Source of the DNA: an uncultured Prochlorococcus sp.
Lineage (GTDB): Bacteria; Cyanobacteriota; Cyanobacteriia; PCC-6307; Cyanobiaceae
Assembly (NCBI GenBank): GCA_902521995.1
Contig: CABYTO010000003.1
Span: forward strand, 44,475 to 108,474
DNA: 64,000 bases
Direction of reading: 5' to 3'
Both the position numbers and the translations under genes were made by a program. Positions 9,245 to 17,297 of the stretch are shown one piece after another; position 1 is the stretch's first letter; every line of letters starts with the position of its first letter. Under the pieces are notes generated by a model that was not told where the DNA came from, ran no database searches, and saw only the letters and a list, made by a program, of their open reading frames with translations.

Positions 9245-9867
9245 ATTTTATTTTTTGAGAAAATATTATTTATTTTTTTGGACCAGTTATTAATCCATTT
9301 TTCATCAGACTTCGTAAAACATTTAGCACTCCAGCCTCCAATCAATATAAAAGCCTTATTATTTATAGGTACAACTAAAATAGATGGAATTTCAGCACAA
9401 AAATTATAAAATTCATCTCTACCAGGATAAAATTTAGTGTTTGCCAATGATATTAATTTCATATCTTTAATAGATCTCAGACAAGTTTCCCCAGGTTTAA
9501 AGTCATTATTTGATGTGATACCCCTCCTCAATATATTAACGCCATCATTGTGGATTAATATTGCTGCTGCTGCTGTAGAAGTTAATATCGCTTCAGAACC
9601 CCATGCAAGTTCATCAATAACTTCATCCGGCATATTTCTATCGAAGAGAAACTTATTTTCTCCTTTTAAAACAGCTTTCTCACCAGCTATGGATTGGAAT
9701 TGCTTAAATAAAAAACCTATCAAAATAATAATTAACGAAGCTATTGCAGCTAATACTTGTGCTCTTTCGAGCTCAGGAGTGATTGTTTCTATTGAAATGA
9801 AATTTGCTATCTGAAAAATAAAGAGTATTACACCGACTGATATTAATGATTTCCCATTGAATCCCAT
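9241..9867 (-). CDS. conserved membrane protein, unknown function
   Basis: 208-aa ORF with two N-terminal TM helices and a soluble C-terminal domain. It is preferred over the antisense ORF 9437..9814. Confidence 0.5.
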   Translation of the reverse strand: MGFNGKSLISVGVILFIFQIANFISIETITPELERAQVLAAIASLIIILIGFLFKQFQSIAGEKAVLKGENKFLFDRNMPDEVIDELAWGSEAILTSTAAAAILIHNDGVNILRRGITSNNDFKPGETCLRSIKDMKLISLANTKFYPGRDEFYNFCAEIPSILVVPINNKAFILIGGWSAKCFTKSDEKWINNWSKKINNIFSKNKI

Positions 9868-9978
9868 ATTTTAAATATGTTATTTCTAATTAAATTATGC
9901 AAATATTATATTGTTTAGTACATTTAAAATTACTCAAACATAAGGTTTTTAATATATAATTAACCAAAACCTATTAAA

Positions 9979-10290
9979 ATGAACCTTAACATCAATAAAT
10001 ATATACTTTCCCTTATCTTTACTGGCTTTATTTTTATTCTGATCCCTTCGACTACTTACGCAAATGAATTTAGTAGTATAAATAAATATTTTGGTGTTAC
10101 ACAACAAAAGACTGTTATAAATTATGAAAAAAGTCAGCCCTCATCTATCGACAACCCTGTAGTGGATCCAAATTTCAACACTATGAGATCAAATGATACT
10201 GAGAGTTCAACTGCTATTTATATAGTTATAGGTTTGTTAATTGCTGCCACAATTATTCCTTTAGCAACATGGTGGTATTTCTCTAAATAA
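9979..10290 (+). CDS. hypothetical membrane-anchored protein
   Basis: N-terminal signal or TM segment (ILSLIFTGFIFILIP) and C-terminal TM segment (IYIVIGLLIAATIIPLATWWY). Confidence 0.4.
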   Translation: MNLNINKYILSLIFTGFIFILIPSTTYANEFSSINKYFGVTQQKTVINYEKSQPSSIDNPVVDPNFNTMRSNDTESSTAIYIVIGLLIAATIIPLATWWYFSK

Positions 10291-10300
10291 AAGAGAATTT

Positions 10301-10861
10301 ATGAATGCCAAGGATTTAAGTATTAGTGAATATTCATCTCATATAGTTTTTATTACAGGGGGTACAAAGAGTGGCAAAAGTGAATTCGCGGAACAACTTG
10401 CAAAGGAGGTAAAAAAATTATCCTATGTTGCCTTATCTGAAAACAATTTGGATGATAAAGAATGGCAAGATAAAATTAATTTACATCGAAAAAGAAGGCC
10501 AAAAGATTGGAAATTAATAGAAACGACAGATCTATTAAATACATTAAGGAAAGAAGAAGGTCCATTATTAATAGATTCTATTGGCGGATTCGTTATGAAA
10601 AGTATTGGTAAGGAACAAAATGAATGGTCAACAAAAATAAATTCACTTATAAGTCTCTTAATGAAAAGAAAAAGCATAACTATTATTGTTGGAGAACAAG
10701 TAGGTTGGAGTTTGGTCTCTGAATATAAAATTGGTAATACATATATTGAAAGAATTGGCGAACTTCAAAAAAGAATAACCAAAATATCAAAAGATAATTG
10801 GCTGGCTATAAACGGCAGAGCAATCAAAATAGATGAAATAAGTATTGAAATACCTAATTAA
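10301..10861 (+). CDS. cobU: adenosylcobinamide kinase / adenosylcobinamide-phosphate guanylyltransferase
   Basis: P-loop VFITGGTKSGKSEFAE at the N-terminus and a size of about 185 aa are typical of CobU/CobP. Confidence 0.8.
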   Translation: MNAKDLSISEYSSHIVFITGGTKSGKSEFAEQLAKEVKKLSYVALSENNLDDKEWQDKINLHRKRRPKDWKLIETTDLLNTLRKEEGPLLIDSIGGFVMKSIGKEQNEWSTKINSLISLLMKRKSITIIVGEQVGWSLVSEYKIGNTYIERIGELQKRITKISKDNWLAINGRAIKIDEISIEIPN

Positions 10862-10863
10862 AA

Positions 10864-11346
10864 TTGGAAGTCGCTCTTTTTGAACCAAGAATCCCACAAA
10901 ATACTGGTAATATTGCCAGATCATGTGCTGCATTTAATATACCTTTAAATCTCATAGAGCCCTTGGGTTTTAAGCTGGAAGATAAATATTTAAAAAGAGC
11001 AGGATTAGACTATTGGCCTCTAGTTACTCTTAATAAGTATGAGAATTTTGATAAATTTTTAGCATCAAAATCAACCAAAAGAATAATTTCTTTTAGTAAA
11101 AAAAATGGATTATATTTGAATGATTTTAAATTTAAGCAAGATGATATTTTGTTATTTGGGAGAGAAGATTCAGGATTACCAGATTACATTATTGATAAAA
11201 GCGACTTTTTAATATCAATATTTATGCCGAATATACAAACTGGAAATAATGATCAAAAAGGTGTTAGAAGTCTAAACCTATCTGTAGCATGCGGAATTGC
11301 TATATATGAGGCCCACAAACAAATAAATTTTCAAAATGGTAATTAA
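10864..11346 (+). CDS. trmL: tRNA (cytidine/uridine-2'-O-)-methyltransferase, SpoU/TrmL family
   Basis: LFEPRIPQNTGNIARSCAAF and the C-terminal SLNLSVACGIAIYEA knot motif. TTG start. Confidence 0.85.
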   Translation: MEVALFEPRIPQNTGNIARSCAAFNIPLNLIEPLGFKLEDKYLKRAGLDYWPLVTLNKYENFDKFLASKSTKRIISFSKKNGLYLNDFKFKQDDILLFGREDSGLPDYIIDKSDFLISIFMPNIQTGNNDQKGVRSLNLSVACGIAIYEAHKQINFQNGN

Positions 11347-11375
11347 GTACAACCAATGCCTTACAATATTCCCAT

Positions 11376-11449
<74 letters not shown>

Positions 11450-11516
11450 TTTTCAATACTTTTCAATTGAAGATCATAGGTGAAATTTTAATTAAATTAA
11501 ACTATTAAAGACAATA

Positions 11517-11804
11517 ATGTTTAATTCACTCGGCACAGTCTTAGATCCAAAGAAATCTAAAGCAAAATATCCAGAAGGACGAGTTATAGTTCTTGATGAC
11601 AATATTAATACTTTTCAGCATGTCGCAAATTGTCTTCTAAAAATAATTCCAATCATTAGTGAACAAAGGACATGGGATCTAACCATTAAAGTTGACATGA
11701 CAGGGTCTGCGGAGGTATGGAGAGGTAATCTTGAACAGGCAGAGCTATATCATGAGCAACTAATCAGCAAAGGATTAACAATAGCTCCAATTGAGAAAAC
11801 ATAA
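11517..11804 (+). CDS. clpS: ATP-dependent Clp protease adaptor ClpS
   Basis: 95 aa. VIVLDDNINTFQHVANCLLKIIP matches the ClpS core (V.L.ND..NTF..V). Confidence 0.85.
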   Translation: MFNSLGTVLDPKKSKAKYPEGRVIVLDDNINTFQHVANCLLKIIPIISEQRTWDLTIKVDMTGSAEVWRGNLEQAELYHEQLISKGLTIAPIEKT

Positions 11805-11815
11805 AAAAAGTAGGA

Positions 11816-12067
11816 TTGACAGAAAATTTTTGGCTTATAAATTCGAACCGTACAAGGGTTAAAAGGTTTTCAAAGAATGATCAAAATAAAGATAAATTTT
11901 TTGAATATATGTTTATTGACTCTGGAAGAATTCTTGGTGTTTTAGGAAAAGATCCACCTCTTATGACAACCAGAGAAGAACTTAAAGTTGATAAAGCGAG
12001 AGACGAATGGAAAAAGTTAATTGCTCAAGGTTGGAGGAGAACCAAACCAGTTTGGGAAGACTATTAG
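11816..12067 (+). CDS. hypothetical protein (83 aa)
   Basis: Track ORF with a TTG start, charged and soluble. No recognisable motif. Confidence 0.4.
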   Translation: MTENFWLINSNRTRVKRFSKNDQNKDKFFEYMFIDSGRILGVLGKDPPLMTTREELKVDKARDEWKKLIAQGWRRTKPVWEDY

Positions 12068-12422
12068 TATCCAATATTGTTACTAGGATTAGTTATATAA
12101 ATTATGAGATTTAGGACGTAGTTAGAGGGTAAATTTAATGGCTTCAAAAGTAACAAAGCCATTCCTTGAGTCACATTAAATTCTTTATTCTTCATAAAAA
12201 AATAAAAGTCTCAATTTAATTATAAAAAGACTGTCAAATAAAACTGTAAATACTAAAAAAAAAGATATAAGCATTTATTGATTAAGGATTGTCAAGATAT
12301 CTAATATCTAAGATTTAATAAAAAAAATTATAGATTTAGGGTTAATTATTATTTTTTTTTAAACAAAAAAAATCCAAGTTATAATTTAATAAATCCTACT
12401 ATTTAATACTTTTAAATACCCA

Positions 12423-12572
12423 ATGAAGTATCTCATCTCAAGCAAAAGATCAAGAGCTTTATTTGGTATTGGAATAGTTTCTATAAGTATTGGATTAATA
12501 TCAAAAAAAGTAATTAACTATCCAGCTGGAGGATGTATGAAAGGTACTCAAGAAATAACCTTTAATATCTAG
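12423..12572 (+). CDS. hypothetical mini-ORF (49 aa, one TM helix)
   Basis: Hand-found ATG..TAG ORF: MKYLISSKRSRALFGIGIVSISIGLISKK... ORF evidence only. Confidence 0.2.
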   Translation: MKYLISSKRSRALFGIGIVSISIGLISKKVINYPAGGCMKGTQEITFNI

Positions 12573-12595
12573 CAATTAATCATATTACAATTTCC

Positions 12596-12985
12596 TTAAT
12601 TCTTAAATCCAGTCAACTTTGATAACTCTTTTAGTGAAAGTACTCCTAAAATTAGTTTTCCATTTATTTCCCATGTGGGAAACCCTTTAATTTTTTTATC
12701 AATGCATAATTGAGTTTGACTGTTTATGCCATCTCTTGCACATTCAACTACATTAAGTTCTCTATAAGCTTGCTTACCAAAAAATTCACTTTGATTAAGG
12801 CAATTAGGACACCAATATGCTGAATATTTAACTACACCATTATCTTTGAGGTATTTGGCCAACTCGATTGATTCCCTAGTGCTTTCTGAGGTGACTATAA
12901 GTTCTCTCTGATTTTTTAGGTGGGAGCTATGTACAACACCTGGTAAAGTAATCAAGACTAATAGTGGGAATAATAGGCGTTTCAT
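12596..12985 (-). CDS. secreted thioredoxin-like protein resembling the Trx domain of cyanobacterial VKOR
   Basis: Signal peptide MKRLLFPLLVLITLPGVVHS. YSAYWCPNCLNQSEFFGKQAY...VECARDG...LCIDKKIKGFPTWEING has the WCPxC redox motif and the GxPTW cis-Pro loop. Confidence 0.65.
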   Translation of the reverse strand: MKRLLFPLLVLITLPGVVHSSHLKNQRELIVTSESTRESIELAKYLKDNGVVKYSAYWCPNCLNQSEFFGKQAYRELNVVECARDGINSQTQLCIDKKIKGFPTWEINGKLILGVLSLKELSKLTGFKN

Positions 12986-13130
12986 TTACTACTTTTCCTC
13001 CATATTTTCTAACTATCTTATCAAGCAAAATTCGTATATCTTTATTTTTAAGTTTCTCCATTTGCTGAAGATTTTCAAGAAGATCAGATATTTGATCCTG
13101 TGTATCTTCATTTAATTCACTTACTGCCAT
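12927..13130 (-). CDS. hypothetical acidic protein (67 aa)
   Basis: Track ORF. Its 3' end overlaps the start of 12596..12985 by 59 nt, so its real extent is uncertain. Confidence 0.3.
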   Translation of the reverse strand: MAVSELNEDTQDQISDLLENLQQMEKLKNKDIRILLDKIVRKYGGKVVNETPIIPTISLDYFTRCCT

Positions 13131-13381
13131 TTATATTTAGAGTTTTTATATTCCAATTTTAAATCAAAAGTAAATTTAAATACTTATTGTATTTTTAATT
13201 TTTTATTGCTATTTTTTTAAAGCGGGCTAAGGTTCATATCTCCACGAGGATTTAGTCCGCTGAATTTTAAAGATTCAATTAATTTTGGATCTCTCTTTAA
13301 GAAGTTGATTAGAAATTTTCAAATATATTTATCTTTGCTTAATTTCAAAATTCCAATGAAAAATCATTCTCATAAAACATT

Positions 13382-13398
13382 AATAGTGTGACACTATT
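13382..13398. promoter_or_regulatory. 17-nt perfect palindrome AATAGTGTGACACTATT at the 3' end of the RHH-like gene
   Basis: Read directly. It overlaps the stop codon (13398..13400) of ORF 13398..13763. Confidence 0.45.
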
Positions 13399-13763
13399 TA
13401 TTCAATAATGTTGTTATTTCGCTTCATAATTTTCTTAAAATACTTAAACTCAATAAATTCATGCATCATTTTGATATCATCAGATAATACTTTTTTATTA
13501 ACTGCATATTCGTCCACACTAAGTAGAGATTTATTATTATCAGATAATGTCTCATGATCAAAAGAAAAGCTCATAAAATCCTTTTTATCATTTTTATTTT
13601 GACCATAAGATTCATTTAACACACCTCGAGACCTCAACGCTTCCTCAACCAATAAACCTGTGACTTTTGACTGACTAAACTCATTAGCTGTGCATAATTT
13701 TTCAATGATTTCATGCACTTCTTCACTTGGCAAAAAACCAATTCTTTTCCTCGGAGAGGGCAT
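13398..13763 (-). CDS. putative ribbon-helix-helix (CopG/Arc-like) DNA-binding protein
   Basis: The N-terminus RKRIGFLPSEEVHEIIEKLCTANEFSQSKVTGLLVEEALRS fits a beta-strand/helix/helix RHH pattern. It is flanked by matching palindromes. Confidence 0.5.
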   Translation of the reverse strand: MPSPRKRIGFLPSEEVHEIIEKLCTANEFSQSKVTGLLVEEALRSRGVLNESYGQNKNDKKDFMSFSFDHETLSDNNKSLLSVDEYAVNKKVLSDDIKMMHEFIEFKYFKKIMKRNNNIIE

Positions 13764-13777
13764 AATTAAAAAAAATT

Positions 13778-13810
13778 AGTGTCACACTTGCACATTATAA
13801 GTGTTGCACT
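13778..13810. promoter_or_regulatory. two operator-like palindromes, AGTGTCACACT and AGTGTTGCACT, upstream of the RHH-like gene
   Basis: Located 15-47 nt upstream of the ATG at 13763. They share the consensus TAGTGTnACACTA with the 13382..13398 copy. Confidence 0.45.
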
Positions 13811-13839
13811 ATATTTGATTTAAGTCAACTAATTTTGCT

Positions 13840-13992
13840 ATGCATATTTTATTATTTCCTGTCGGATTTATTCTTTGGTATCTAGCTTATGAAGCAAAAC
13901 CTATCATTAATGATGAAGTAACACTTAATTGGGAAGAAAAAAATACGATTAAAAGAAATAAACTTTTAAATATAATCAACGAAAGCTTTTAA
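13840..13992 (+). CDS. hypothetical mini-ORF (50 aa, N-terminal TM helix)
   Basis: Hand-found ORF: MHILLFPVGFILWYLAYEAKPIINDE... ORF evidence only. Confidence 0.2.
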   Translation: MHILLFPVGFILWYLAYEAKPIINDEVTLNWEEKNTIKRNKLLNIINESF

Positions 13993-14219
13993 AATTTACT
14001 GTTAATCGATTTTGACCATTCCTTGTGCTTATTATCTAAATCTGAGATTAAATGTTTTTGATAAGTAAATTTGAGTTGATTTTCATTAAGTGATTTTTTT
14101 GTGATTATCATCTCTTCAGAGAAAAAATAAGGAGTGTTGGAACTACTAATTTTTTTTTGGACTTTCATATAGTAAATACATCTATTTTTTTTATATGACT
14201 TAAAAGTTTTTAGTCTCAT
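13989..14219 (-). CDS. hypothetical basic protein (76 aa)
   Basis: Track ORF only. Confidence 0.25.
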   Translation of the reverse strand: MRLKTFKSYKKNRCIYYMKVQKKISSSNTPYFFSEEMIITKKSLNENQLKFTYQKHLISDLDNKHKEWSKSINSKF

Positions 14220-14330
14220 TATTTTTATATTCTTTTTATATTTCCTTAATATGTGTTTTTAGCACGTTTGTTAAAAATATTAGTTTATTAAATAATTAAG
14301 GGTATATTTAAAATACATATATGTTTAATT

Positions 14331-14504
14331 ATGAATCTTAAGGAGAGAGGGATTACTGTTGGAGATTTACTAATAATACTAATAATAATAATCACTTCTA
14401 CAATATTAATTAGATCATTTAGCAAGGATAAGAAAACAACACTTAATTTTAGTAATCATGAGGTAGTTTCTTATAAGACAAATTACTATCAAAAATTTAT
14501 TTGA
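14331..14504 (+). CDS. hypothetical mini-ORF (57 aa, one TM helix)
   Basis: Hand-found ORF: MNLKERGITVGDLLIILIIIITSTILIRSF... with AAGGAGAG inside. ORF evidence only. Confidence 0.2.
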   Translation: MNLKERGITVGDLLIILIIIITSTILIRSFSKDKKTTLNFSNHEVVSYKTNYYQKFI

Positions 14505-14615
14505 ATAGCTTATATAAATTATTTATAAAACTCTAAGTTAATTAAAAAAAATTTTTAAGTATATCTTTTGTAAATTTCAAGAATTAATAATTATCAAGCA
14601 AAAAGTTTATCTATT

Positions 14616-14792
14616 TTAAATATTTTGATGAAATGATTTAGAACTTTCCCATTTCAAGTTATCCTTTAAATCGTTCATATTATTTGATATTGAAACTAAA
14701 TTCACCATTTGAAGAATTTGCCTTTTATTTAGCCTATTAAGAACAATAAGTTTATTAAGCATTTCTAAAACAGATTTATCATTAATATTCAT
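14616..14792 (-). CDS. hypothetical mini-ORF (58 aa)
   Basis: Hand-found ORF: MNINDKSVLEMLNKLIVLNRLNKRQILQMVNLVSISNN... ORF evidence only. Confidence 0.2.
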   Translation of the reverse strand: MNINDKSVLEMLNKLIVLNRLNKRQILQMVNLVSISNNMNDLKDNLKWESSKSFHQNI

Positions 14793-14985
14793 TTTTTGTA
14801 TAAAAACTATAATCCTTCAATTCAAATACTCTATCTTATAATTTTAAAAATTTCTCTTAAATTTTGATTATATATTTTATGCAAAATATAAAAAATTTAA
14901 AAAATCATCAAAAATAAAGCTCTTACTTATAAAAAATATCTTAAGCTCACTTTTTTATAAATTCGTTTATTGTAGAAAGAAAAAA

Positions 14986-15156
14986 ATGAAAAAAAACTCA
15001 GAGAAAGAATACCTTAATAGAGATGAAGTTAATGAAATGATTGAATCAGCTTTAAGAAGGCATAATAGAAGATCTACAATAATATCAAGCGTACTTGGCT
15101 GGATTCTAATAGGAGGATATTCGTTTGGACTTTTTCAAGCAGTTCAAAATGTCTAA
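14986..15156 (+). CDS. hypothetical mini-ORF (56 aa, C-terminal TM helix)
   Basis: Hand-found ORF: MKKNSEKEYLNRDEVNEMIESALRRHNRRSTIISSVLGWILIGGYSFGLFQAVQNV. Confidence 0.25.
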   Translation: MKKNSEKEYLNRDEVNEMIESALRRHNRRSTIISSVLGWILIGGYSFGLFQAVQNV

Positions 15157-15219
15157 TTAATCTTTTCTTTAAAGTAGAACTAGCTAGATGATAAATTAAT
15201 ATAAGACTAAGTATTTACT

Positions 15220-15441
15220 ATGAGGGAATATATTGAGGCAAATCTTATAGTGATAAGAAAGTACTTAAAAAAACGAAAACAGTCTTCATCAAAATTAAAT
15301 AATGCTTCGATAATGGAAGAATTCAAAGAATGGAGCAAAGATCCACTTCCTGAGACAGAATCAATTTGGACTTTACCTGACTTGACGAGAAATGAAAGAC
15401 TAAAAAATTTTTGTCGCTCAATTAAGAAGGAAATAAGATAA
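15220..15441 (+). CDS. hypothetical protein (73 aa)
   Basis: Track ORF only. Confidence 0.3.
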   Translation: MREYIEANLIVIRKYLKKRKQSSSKLNNASIMEEFKEWSKDPLPETESIWTLPDLTRNERLKNFCRSIKKEIR

Positions 15442-15445
15442 GTTT

Positions 15446-15604
15446 TTAACTACCCAGTTGTATATTATTTACTTTTAAGTAAAAATAACCCGCAAATCCA
15501 ACTATATTCAAAATTACAACGAAAATCCAAGCTCCAATTGGTTGATTGGAATCAAATTTTTTTATTTTAACTTTTTCCCTTAGTCTTTCAATATATTTAG
15601 CCAT
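15446..15604 (-). CDS. hypothetical mini-ORF (52 aa, one TM helix)
   Basis: Hand-found ORF: MAKYIERLREKVKIKKFDSNQPIGAWIFVVILNIVGFAGYFYLKVNNIQLGS. Confidence 0.3.
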   Translation of the reverse strand: MAKYIERLREKVKIKKFDSNQPIGAWIFVVILNIVGFAGYFYLKVNNIQLGS

Positions 15605-15912
15605 AATTAAAAATATTAAAAAGAATATATCTAATTATAGAGAGATAAATTTTAAGGAATCTTAAATAAAATAAAATAAAATTTCTTTTAATTCGATTTT
15701 TTATTGTCAAGCCTGTTAATGGGATATTTAATTAACTCCTTTTTGAGATTTTTTAAAAGTTTATTGTGATTCAAAATTGTAAATTTCCTAGTAAAGGAAT
15801 AGTGCCATTTCATTGAATTAAAAAAAAACTTGCTAATTCATTATTAATAAAATTATAATACCTACTACGGTCATTCAGACCACACATAATTTAAATAAGG
15901 ACAAATTTTTTT

Positions 15913-16497
15913 ATGAGCTTAAGAGTTGGCCAAGAAGCACCAGACTTTAGTGCTACAGCAGTATATGATCAAGAGTTTAAGGAGATTACACTTTCAGGTC
16001 TAAGAGGTAAATGGGTTGTTCTATTCTTTTACCCACTAGATTTTACATTTGTATGTCCAACTGAAATCACTGCATTTAGTGATAGATACCAAGATTTCTC
16101 GGCACTTAATACGGAAATACTTGGGGTATCAGTTGATAGCAAGCATTGTCATTTGGCTTGGATTCAAACCCCAAGAAATGAAGGTGGTATAGGTGATATA
16201 AACTATCCGTTAGTTTCTGACTTAAAAAGAGAAATTTGCCAAGCCTACAATGTTCTAAATGATGATGGGGAGGCTGATAGAGGTCTTTTTCTTATCAATC
16301 CCGAAGGAGTAGTTATGCATACTACTGTTAACAAGGCCCCTGTGGGTAGAAATGTTGATGAAACGCTAAGGATTCTTCAAGGATATCAATACGTTGCGGC
16401 AAACCCCGATGAAGTATGTCCAGCAAACTGGACCCCCGGGGAGAAAACAATGTTAGAGGACCCCAAAGGTAGTAAGGAATATTTTTCCGCGCTATAG
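15913..16497 (+). CDS. typical 2-Cys peroxiredoxin
   Basis: Peroxidatic motif [10 protein letters not shown] and resolving-Cys motif EVCPANW. 194 aa. Confidence 0.95.
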   Translation: MSLRVGQEAPDFSATAVYDQEFKEITLSGLRGKWVVLFFYPLDFTFVCPTEITAFSDRYQDFSALNTEILGVSVDSKHCHLAWIQTPRNEGGIGDINYPLVSDLKREICQAYNVLNDDGEADRGLFLINPEGVVMHTTVNKAPVGRNVDETLRILQGYQYVAANPDEVCPANWTPGEKTMLEDPKGSKEYFSAL

Positions 16498-16512
16498 AAG
16501 AACTAGAAACAT

Positions 16513-17265
16513 TTAATTAAGTATTGAGTAGTAAATAATTATAAAAAAATAAAAAATAAATATATTCAAAAGGGGGATATAATCTCCTTTTTGAGGCTTG
16601 GGCACGATCCAATCGCTCAAATTAGTTTTATATGATAACAAGGACCACGTATAATAAGAAATTTCTATGGCGACTAGGATAAAAAGATTAATTAAATTTA
16701 AGTCATTTAAACCAAAATATCTATAAATATGAAGCTGATCATCAACACTAATATTATTAATTTGAAAATGCCAAAGATAAAGAGAAATCAAAATAAAATT
16801 AACCAATATAATTTTTTTTAACAAAAACCTAGATTTCTTAAAAATCAATAGGATAGAAATTAAAAATATGAAAAAACTTAACTGTGGAATATCCGGTTTT
16901 GGTACATTAATCTCTTCAACAAATAAATTAAATATAAGATCAAAATTTATATATATATAATCAGCTATTAAGTAAGAGAGAAATATTAAATTTATTGCTA
17001 CTAAGAATAATAATCTCTTTCCTTTAATTATTTTTATAGTATGGATTTTATCCTTAGAAAAATTATAGTATGTATAATTTTTTAAAGAGTTTAAACACAC
17101 CAAAGATGGACATATTGCACCACTCAAATAGTAAAGGATTGAATAAAAGGAAATATCATTAATATTGAGTGAATACAAATTAAACCATTGTTTTTGTACA
17201 AATGGAAGAATAAGTAAAAATGAAAGTGTTACTAATAACTTCGTTCTATTGTTTTTAATTATCAA
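16513..17265 (-). CDS. polytopic membrane protein, unknown function
   Basis: 250 aa with about 7 hydrophobic segments. No recognisable motif. Confidence 0.45.
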   Translation of the reverse strand: MIIKNNRTKLLVTLSFLLILPFVQKQWFNLYSLNINDISFYSILYYLSGAICPSLVCLNSLKNYTYYNFSKDKIHTIKIIKGKRLLFLVAINLIFLSYLIADYIYINFDLIFNLFVEEINVPKPDIPQLSFFIFLISILLIFKKSRFLLKKIILVNFILISLYLWHFQINNISVDDQLHIYRYFGLNDLNLINLFILVAIEISYYTWSLLSYKTNLSDWIVPKPQKGDYIPLLNIFIFYFFIIIYYSILN

Positions 17266-17297
17266 GAAAATATTTTTTTTAATTTAAAGCAAATAAA

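Noticed and set aside
9437-9814. 125-aa plus-strand ORF.
   Set aside because: It is antisense and fully nested in the longer 208-aa minus-strand ORF, which has coherent TM helices and fits the operon spacing (stop overlap with 8621..9244).
13221-13260. GC-rich hairpin GCGGGCTAA...TTAGTCCGC, whose loop (GGTTCATATCTCC) resembles a tRNA T-arm. It could be an att-type tRNA remnant marking an island boundary.
   Set aside because: It matches only about 12 of 14 nt to the T-arm of the tRNA-fMet at 52900 and does not match the nearby tRNA(CAU) 3' end. It cannot be folded as a T-arm plus acceptor stem. This is insufficient to call a tRNA fragment or att site, and it may simply be a small structured element.
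12068-15912. Reading the islet as an active integrative element (tycheposon or prophage remnant).
   Set aside because: No tyrosine or serine recombinase, replication, capsid or terminase-like ORF is present, and I found no flanking direct repeat. I report it only as a probable variable islet.
15820-15912. AT-rich quasi-palindrome (ATTATTAATAAAATTATAAT) upstream of the peroxiredoxin gene as a possible PerR/Fur-type box.
   Set aside because: In DNA this AT-rich, such near-palindromes are expected by chance and overlap a plausible -10 element. There is no second supporting feature.
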